Assembly: GCA_017501105.1 (NCBI GenBank)
Contig: JAFVXO010000117.1
Span: forward strand, 1 to 52,697
Direction of reading: 5' to 3'
DNA: 52,697 nt
Source of the DNA: Clostridia bacterium
Lineage (GTDB): Bacteria > Bacillota > Clostridia > RGIG7378
Shown here: in pieces, positions 46,461 through 52,697 of the stretch
How the letters are laid out: every line of letters starts with the position of its first letter
Numbering within the stretch: the first letter of the stretch is position 1
Made by a program: the position numbers and the translations under genes
Notes under the pieces: model-generated
Told to the model about the DNA's origin: nothing
Databases searched by the model: none
Seen by the model: the letters and a program-made list of their open reading frames with translations, nothing else

Positions 46461-49400
46461 TTATTTACCAAAGTAGATTCTAGCATATTCGCCGTAGATT
46501 ACCATCCTTCTACATGCCTCTGCCAAGTCGCCACCACTATTTCTGTCAATAACAACTCTTGTATACTCTTCAGGGCTGAATGCAATTACATCACTGTAAT
46601 ACTCATTGCCTTCAGCATCCTCAAAGTATGCACAAGCATATATTGTCTTAGAGTAGAGAGCGGCGGGATAAATGTCAGACTTACCCTTATAGCGTCCATT
46701 GTCCTCAAGATCCATATCTACGGTATATGATACATTACCTGTAGTAAGTTGTCCACTTACTCCATCCCAAACCAACAGCTCATGCACTGTAGCCTCGCCA
46801 CTGAATGTGAAATAGTAGTTAATCTCAGTTGCTGCATCCAGAGACAATGTCTTACCAATATGTACTACCTCTGCATCACCTGTGATGTTTGTGTCTGCAG
46901 CGACAAGATCTGTCAACAAATCTGCATTCCATTCCTCAGGTGGATACTGAGCTACAATACTTGCATTTGCAAGGTCATCAGTATTGTGGTTGAAATTAAT
47001 CTGTGCCGCTGTACCATAGTGCAGCAATGCAATACATGTGTCTACAAGAGCAGGATTATTGTTCCTTGCAATTACAGACTCGCAGTAATCCTGAACACTG
47101 AACTCCTTGAGTTCGCTGTAGTAGTAGTTATCTCCTACCTTAACGTAGCCTCTGATGTAGATCTCGTCTGCAAACTCAGCCGCATCAAAGCCATCTGTCT
47201 GACCGCCCCAGCCCCAGTTTGCATTTTCTGATAATACCAGGCCTACCTTGTTAATTGCGTCTGTATTGGTAATAACTGCATCCTCCAGGTTAGGCTCACT
47301 GTACCAGACAAGCATACCACTGTTGGTGGACATATCTACTCCATCAAAGCCTGTGACCTTAAAGTAAGAGTTAATGAATACCTCTGCCTCCAGAGACAAT
47401 GTAGAACCGTTGTATACGATGGTACCATTGGTCTCGTCTACAACAATAGTTACATCGTAGTTATCGTTGTCGTATGTAACCTCTCCGTCAGCATACTGAA
47501 GGTTAAGTACATCAACGCCCTCTCTGGCAAGAACATCATCATCGAACTCAACGTCCTTAATCACGCCATTTTCAACAATAACCTTAATATTTACCGGACG
47601 AGCTACAATCTCGAATACACCTGTCTCTACATCTACCTCGTAGTAACCGGAATTCTCAGTTACATCTGCGAAGATAGTGTACTTACCGACATTTTCTCCC
47701 TGCACTCTCTGGATCTCCACAAGGATGTCATACAAGCTGGACTCGTCATCCATTGTGTAAGTGAACTCCGGATCTGCGTCGCCATAGTACTTCCAGTCGT
47801 CATCAACAATTACATCGGCATGAATCTCATAATCCAGAGCCTTAAGAATCTGCTGTGAAATATATGCATGACCTGTTGCATTCGGATGCAGTGCAGAGCC
47901 GCCTGTTGCTAAGGTTTCGTACAAGTACTCAGGAACCTTGATTGTAATGGGTTTACCGTGTACAGAAACTGTCTTCCAATCTGTAAGATCCACAAGATTC
48001 TTGTTTGCATCTGTGTCAGAAATGCACAGTTCTGTGTCGGGAATGGCAACCGTTACAATGCGGCTACCACTGTCTGCAGCAGTATCATTGCCAGCATAGT
48101 CGCCTACAAAGTTTGTAAGGAAGCGATTTGACTCCTTAACAACCAACTCTGTAATAGCAGATGTGTTAATGACAAACTTGGAAAGATCAACTGTATGCCC
48201 CTTAACCTCAACTACTTTGTTCACCTTAACATATGTGTCCTCGAGAGGATTGTAGAATCCAACAAGAACGATTGTAGCGTCCTTATTCATTTCAGCAATA
48301 GTCTCTACTGCAGCATCAAGGTTGGCCACATAGCCAATACATCCATATGCAAAGGACTCAACAGCTACAAAGAATGTCTCCAAAGCTCTCTTGCACTCAT
48401 CATATGCAGAAATGCCGGTTTCGTCCTCGAGACGACTATCTGCGTTGTCTACCAGATAGAGGAGCATATCCATAGCAACATCTTTACCCTTTTCAAATCT
48501 TGCTACATTTCTGGTGGAGAAGTACTGAGTCCAATCCATCTCGTAGATATCCTCTCCGTTGTAGGCAAGCAGTGCCTGAGTCATGGGGTATGTCACGAGA
48601 TTGTTGATACCAACCTCCAGTGTTATCAGCTCAGCGTCAACAATAGCTGCCTGATACTGAGCCTTAATGCCGGCAATATTAAACTTAGCATCTGTATATG
48701 CATCGCCGGAGTAGTTGTTAGATACGATAGCCAACAACTCCTCTGTTCTCATGCCATTAATAGCAAGGTTGTTAATCTTGTCATTATCGTAGTTGGCGAT
48801 ATCCTTGTACTCCATAGCAAGAGCATCTGCCAACATATCTACATATGTCTTGTCTCCACTATTGAGTGCTGTGCCGCTGGTAACATTGTCACCAAGAGCT
48901 ACAAATGCCTCGGGATTAATAATTGTAGCGGCCTGACCAGAACCTGTTGTGGGCAAGGACAGGTACTTCTTAGTAATGTGATAGATGTCCTTGGCACCAT
49001 TTACAACCTTATCAATAAGGCTGTTTGCAAGGCTACCAGCTGTGGACTCCATATCCTCACCGTTAATAGCGGCAACAATACGATTTGCAATGTACTGATG
49101 ACCATTTGCGCTAGGCATTATCATCATACCATCTGCCAAATAGTATCTAAGTGCCAGATATGCAACTGTCATCTCATCATCTTCAAGAGTCTGGTTAACA
49201 AGCAGATTGTCTACCATATCAAGGATATAGGACTGACCTCCGGCAACAACCTTCTTTCCAACGGAGATAATGTCATTAAGGCTGATAACTTCAATCTCTG
49301 CCAGATCCTTAAGCATTTCGTAAACAGGATCCAGGTACTCATTGATTGTATCTGCACTGCTCATTGCAAGATCAATGGCCTCAACATACTTGTCATATCC

Positions 49401-51665
49401 CTCAAGTATCTTGGAAATTGCTGTCTCGCGAAGCTCATCAAAGTTACCAAAGTTTCCTACATTAAGCTTGCCATCTGCGTCGCAGTTCTCATTGTAAACC
49501 TTGAGAATCTCTGCAACTGTTGTTTCCTTAATCTCAACAAAGTCTGCACAAGCTTCTGCTGCTGTATCTACACTCTCCAGATATAACTTAACCGCATCAA
49601 TAGAAGATTCGGCTGCATCAGAATAAATCTCATATGCTTCATTAAATTCTGTAACAAGCACATCATAAACTGCTGGTACTCCAATCAAGTTATCCCAGTC
49701 ATTCGCAATCAAAACACTATCAAGCCATGTCTTAAGGGCTGTGTCCTTATCTACTGCATTATCCATAGATAGGAATAAACCATAGATGTCTTCTGAAGAA
49801 ATTTTATTTCCAAAGATATCTATAATCATCTGATATGTCTTTGCCTTAGCTGCAGCAGCTGCGCGAATCTCATTTCGTACAATATCCTCTGCCGCTTCGC
49901 CATTAGGTGCTGTCTCTATAGCTGTAACAAACGCATCAACAGAACTATATGTGGCTATATTAAGCCCATTTGAGTTATAAGACTCCTCTACCTTTGAGAC
50001 AATATAGTCGTGGAAAATATCATTGATGAGGTACTCTCTTGCAACAGCCCCAGGATTGTTGGAAGCCTCCATAGCAAGAAGCATAGCAATTGCCTTGTCT
50101 TTTGAATATGTACCCTCTCCAACGATACTCTCGACCTTTTCAACAATCTTGTCTGCGGCAAGTTCACGAACCCACTTGTTAGCAACGTCCTCTCTCTCTG
50201 CCTCAGTGCCACATGCTCTCAGGTCCTCAATCAACTGTTCTACATTTTCTACTGTTACGTATCCTGACAGTTCGTAATCCTCGATATATCCGTAGATAAC
50301 CTTAGCTGCAGCCTGATTCTGCAGGGTTTCATCCTCAATAAGGGAGTCAACAAAATCCTCAGCTACCTGCTGACGAGCTGCCTCATCTGCAGCGGCCTCA
50401 AGATCGGCCAACAGGTCAGAAATGTCCTCTGGATCAATTACCTCGTTCTCCTCATCAGCAAACTGTCCAAGGTACTCGAGAAGTTCTCTTTGGAACTGAT
50501 CCTCGATCTCTGCTATAACGTAACCCTGCAACTCGCTCTTGATGAACTCCTTCTCTGTGCCATTTTCCTTGGCCTCAATGAGTTCCTCAAGGAAACCAAG
50601 AGCCTCAATCTGAGTCTTGGAAATACCATATTCTGCAAAAATGTCAATTACCTCATTAACAGCCGCATCGCCGGAAAGGTTAACGAGTTCCATGATAAGT
50701 CCCTCGGGAATACGCTCATTATCAGTAAGCTTTGTGTTGCCCATCTGATCGATAAGGAGCTCCGGAGCTCCCGGATCAACATAAGTATAGTTATATGCTC
50801 TGGGAGCAAGAACCTGAACATATGCATTGGCAATCTCTACCAAGCCTCCAAAGAAGTCGCCAACAGGCAACTCTATGGGCCTGCCACCCTTGGAAAGCTT
50901 ATCGTAGGTAAGAACCTCACCCTCAGCAGGGTTGTAAATTCCAACAATGTACAACTCCACATCAGGGTTCAGCTCGTAGATTGTAGAAACCATTGCGTTA
51001 AAGCTGGTAACATAGCTAAGCACTGCATATGTGGAAACCTCTGCGATAAAGTCAATAAGCTCGATAGCCACATCAACATCATCGTTTGCTGCGCTTAACA
51101 TAAGGTTCTTGATAGTAGCCTTAACCTTCTCAAGGGCGGACTGAACATCCTCCTCAAAGAATGCATCGAAGCTGTAGCTGTACTTGACCTCTCCGTCATT
51201 CTCCAAATAATGCATCATCTGCTCCACAATGTACGTGGAGAAGTTGTTAACACCGGCATTAATTGTGATGACCTCTGCACCGGCAATCCATCTCCTGACG
51301 GTTGCGGTGTTACGCTCCATTTCACCTACTACGCTTCTAGTGTATCCGTCACCATTATAGCTGTCATCCATCAGGTAGCGAATCTCCTCAACTCTGTAGC
51401 GCTTATCTGCCTTAATACGATAGTCATCTTCTCCATCGATAAGACCAGCAGTTGCCAATGCCTGGGCGACCAGCACATAGTATGCCTCCTGCTCTGGATA
51501 CTCCAATCCAGTGCCTAGGGACATGGCGTCACCCAGTGCCAGATAGCCTGCCTCATCGAGCTCTGGTGTAGTGATAGCTGCCAAGGTCGGACTCATGACA
51601 TTAAACACCATCGCAAGAGCCAAAAGCAGTGCGCTGCACTTCCTTAAACACTTACCAATACGCAT
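46461..51665 (-). CDS. Giant (1734 aa) secreted protein: two degenerate SGNH/GDSL-like domains, a long acidic helical insertion, an MBG domain and a duplicated C-terminal module
   Basis: Signal peptide MRIGKCLRKCSALLLALAMVFNVMSPTLAA. SGNH-like blocks occur twice: LGDAMSLG / GVNN / VGIYNP / MPSANGHQYIA, and LGDNVTSG / GINN / VGFYNP / LHPNATGHAYIS. MBG-like segment KYYGDADPEFTY...GENVGKYTI (47595-47792). I moved the start to ATG 51665 (AAGGAGA RBS), because the track start 51713 lies at the predicted transcription start. Confidence 0.7.
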   Translation of the reverse strand: MRIGKCLRKCSALLLALAMVFNVMSPTLAAITTPELDEAGYLALGDAMSLGTGLEYPEQEAYYVLVAQALATAGLIDGEDDYRIKADKRYRVEEIRYLMDDSYNGDGYTRSVVGEMERNTATVRRWIAGAEVITINAGVNNFSTYIVEQMMHYLENDGEVKYSYSFDAFFEEDVQSALEKVKATIKNLMLSAANDDVDVAIELIDFIAEVSTYAVLSYVTSFNAMVSTIYELNPDVELYIVGIYNPAEGEVLTYDKLSKGGRPIELPVGDFFGGLVEIANAYVQVLAPRAYNYTYVDPGAPELLIDQMGNTKLTDNERIPEGLIMELVNLSGDAAVNEVIDIFAEYGISKTQIEALGFLEELIEAKENGTEKEFIKSELQGYVIAEIEDQFQRELLEYLGQFADEENEVIDPEDISDLLADLEAAADEAARQQVAEDFVDSLIEDETLQNQAAAKVIYGYIEDYELSGYVTVENVEQLIEDLRACGTEAEREDVANKWVRELAADKIVEKVESIVGEGTYSKDKAIAMLLAMEASNNPGAVAREYLINDIFHDYIVSKVEESYNSNGLNIATYSSVDAFVTAIETAPNGEAAEDIVRNEIRAAAAAKAKTYQMIIDIFGNKISSEDIYGLFLSMDNAVDKDTALKTWLDSVLIANDWDNLIGVPAVYDVLVTEFNEAYEIYSDAAESSIDAVKLYLESVDTAAEACADFVEIKETTVAEILKVYNENCDADGKLNVGNFGNFDELRETAISKILEGYDKYVEAIDLAMSSADTINEYLDPVYEMLKDLAEIEVISLNDIISVGKKVVAGGQSYILDMVDNLLVNQTLEDDEMTVAYLALRYYLADGMMIMPSANGHQYIANRIVAAINGEDMESTAGSLANSLIDKVVNGAKDIYHITKKYLSLPTTGSGQAATIINPEAFVALGDNVTSGTALNSGDKTYVDMLADALAMEYKDIANYDNDKINNLAINGMRTEELLAIVSNNYSGDAYTDAKFNIAGIKAQYQAAIVDAELITLEVGINNLVTYPMTQALLAYNGEDIYEMDWTQYFSTRNVARFEKGKDVAMDMLLYLVDNADSRLEDETGISAYDECKRALETFFVAVESFAYGCIGYVANLDAAVETIAEMNKDATIVLVGFYNPLEDTYVKVNKVVEVKGHTVDLSKFVINTSAITELVVKESNRFLTNFVGDYAGNDTAADSGSRIVTVAIPDTELCISDTDANKNLVDLTDWKTVSVHGKPITIKVPEYLYETLATGGSALHPNATGHAYISQQILKALDYEIHADVIVDDDWKYYGDADPEFTYTMDDESSLYDILVEIQRVQGENVGKYTIFADVTENSGYYEVDVETGVFEIVARPVNIKVIVENGVIKDVEFDDDVLAREGVDVLNLQYADGEVTYDNDNYDVTIVVDETNGTIVYNGSTLSLEAEVFINSYFKVTGFDGVDMSTNSGMLVWYSEPNLEDAVITNTDAINKVGLVLSENANWGWGGQTDGFDAAEFADEIYIRGYVKVGDNYYYSELKEFSVQDYCESVIARNNNPALVDTCIALLHYGTAAQINFNHNTDDLANASIVAQYPPEEWNADLLTDLVAADTNITGDAEVVHIGKTLSLDAATEINYYFTFSGEATVHELLVWDGVSGQLTTGNVSYTVDMDLEDNGRYKGKSDIYPAALYSKTIYACAYFEDAEGNEYYSDVIAFSPEEYTRVVIDRNSGGDLAEACRRMVIYGEYARIYFGK

Positions 51666-51718
51666 ATAATTTCTCCTTCTAAAATAATACGGATTCTTAT
51701 TAAATTTAACCATAGTTT

Positions 51719-51746
51719 ATTATAACTCAAAATACCAACAAATCAA
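51719..51746 (-). promoter_or_regulatory. Sigma-A-type promoter candidate for the 1734-aa gene and the downstream cassette
   Basis: Minus strand: TTGATT (51746-51741), a 16-nt spacer, then TATAAT (51724-51719). Confidence 0.5.
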
Positions 51747-51794
51747 TGTCGAAAACGCTCTTTTTTGATAATAATTAAAGAAATACGGATGTTT

Positions 51795-52697
51795 TTAATT
51801 TGAGTTAACAAATATGTTCATTACACCTCCTGAAACCACCGTTTCGTTCCATACCCAACTGTACAAAATGCGATATGTCCCCGGTTCCACAGTCTCTGAT
51901 GAATCTATTCCCAAATGAACTCCATCTGTCTGAACATCCGCAGTCAAAGATTCGTCTGCTATGAAGCTAATGTGCCCCTGTTCGTCAAGAATGAGCCTCT
52001 GAATCTCAACAATCTCCAGCTGAGCCTGCCCCCACCTGGGATTAATCTTAATATCGTAAGGCATCGAGTCCAGCCTCACAACCATATCCGGCAATTCCGG
52101 CCTGGATGAGAGGGTTGGACAAATTTCTCTCCTGTCGTAACCTGTGGCTTCAAGCACAACTGTAGGTCTTTGCCCTGACTCCAAACTATCTGAAAAGTCA
52201 AAGAAAATAGTACCATCCCAGTTTTCAGCATATGGGCACTTAATATCCAGTGATCCCTGGTCGTACAACAGGGTATAATGAACCCCATCCAAACTCCATT
52301 TGACACGCTCTATAGCTTTTCCTTCAAACAAAAACGAAAAAGCGAAATCCGAATAGGTGTCCAGATTGAGTTTTAGACAAATGATCAGATCTCTGGAGTC
52401 TACCGCATCGTTATAACTAACCAGATTGAGATTAGGAACAACAAGCCTATCTACCACTTGTCCTCCTTCTCCTGCTACATCCCCATAGGGCAGGGCATTA
52501 AACACAACTGTTCCCTCCAGAGTATACCATTCAATATGTATGGACATTTCTGTGGCAAATTGCAACTGTTGCCCTACTCTGTCTATTATTATTGTGATTG
52601 TTTCTTCTCCAACCTCTGTCCTGCAGGAAAAATGCTCAGACGTCACATCACTTAATGTAATGACTACCTCTGCGTTCAAATCATCTTGTACATCCAC
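51795..52697 (-). CDS. C-terminal 300 aa of a further beta-rich, probably large surface protein (the 5' end is outside the window)
   Basis: The frame is open from the window edge to the stop at 51795. The leading M in the track is an edge artefact (an internal GTG codon). The composition resembles the neighbouring giant proteins. I recognise no family. Confidence 0.6.
   Translation of the reverse strand: MDVQDDLNAEVVITLSDVTSEHFSCRTEVGEETITIIIDRVGQQLQFATEMSIHIEWYTLEGTVVFNALPYGDVAGEGGQVVDRLVVPNLNLVSYNDAVDSRDLIICLKLNLDTYSDFAFSFLFEGKAIERVKWSLDGVHYTLLYDQGSLDIKCPYAENWDGTIFFDFSDSLESGQRPTVVLEATGYDRREICPTLSSRPELPDMVVRLDSMPYDIKINPRWGQAQLEIVEIQRLILDEQGHISFIADESLTADVQTDGVHLGIDSSETVEPGTYRILYSWVWNETVVSGGVMNIFVNSN

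Noticed and set aside
48195-49586. 463-aa plus-strand ORF inside the 1734-aa gene.
   Set aside because: It is an antisense open frame produced by the codon bias of an AT-rich, Asp/Glu/Ile-rich gene. Its composition is Cys/Ile/Asn-rich junk.
51666-51713. 16-codon N-terminal extension of the 1734-aa protein.
   Set aside because: A TTGATT-16-TATAAT promoter places the transcription start at about 51712. ATG 51665 has an AAGGAGA RBS and starts a canonical signal peptide.
1-52697. Search by eye for CRISPR arrays, tRNA or rRNA genes, IS elements and long tandem repeats.
   Set aside because: No intergenic region is long enough or has the right pattern. The only repeats seen are short hairpins and protein-level duplications inside the giant genes.

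Overview
Clostridia-like (Firmicutes) chromosomal window, transcribed almost entirely on the minus strand.

**Backbone, about 1-37.8 kb.** This part is a dense, GC-richer housekeeping region. In coordinate order it holds:
- RluA-like synthase, trmFO, topA, dprA, comM
- truA, murG, pheT, pheS, prmC, a DUF1385 protein, rpmE
- rho, carrying a long disordered insertion
- a divergent DnaD-like / DnaI-like helicase-loader pair
- mfd (broken by a 1-nt frameshift), pth, a single-domain GlmU-N-like nucleotidyltransferase
- yebC, murC, ruvB coupled to a membrane-anchored beta-propeller protein, asnS
- a disordered membrane protein, a second RluA-like synthase, a SAM methyltransferase, an aconitase-family hydratase, yqeK, nadD, and serS (plus strand)

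Many neighbouring genes overlap at their start/stop codons (TAATG, ATGA, 8, 11 and 17 nt), which is consistent with long translationally coupled operons. I corrected several ORF-track starts using RBS, promoter and terminator positions.

**Accessory island, about 37.8 kb to the right edge.** The DNA becomes visibly AT-richer here and encodes surface proteins:
- a BspA-type LRR protein
- an Lgt-family membrane protein
- a 1522-aa protein with a TasA/SipW-type signal peptide
- a 1734-aa protein with two degenerate SGNH-like domains, an MBG domain and a duplicated C-terminal module
- a further large protein truncated by the window edge

**Best candidate for an undescribed system.** Between the two giant genes sits a compact cassette, in transcription order:
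- an ORF-track-invisible 31-codon acidic ORF with a strong RBS
- a GC hairpin
- an HprK-like P-loop kinase
- a PqqD-like (RiPP recognition element) protein
- a transmembrane-less S24/S26-type serine peptidase

It could be a RiPP-like phosphopeptide pathway, or a maturation module for the giant surface proteins.

I recognised no rRNA, tRNA, CRISPR array, transposase or integrase. All family assignments come from reading motifs by eye; no database search was run.
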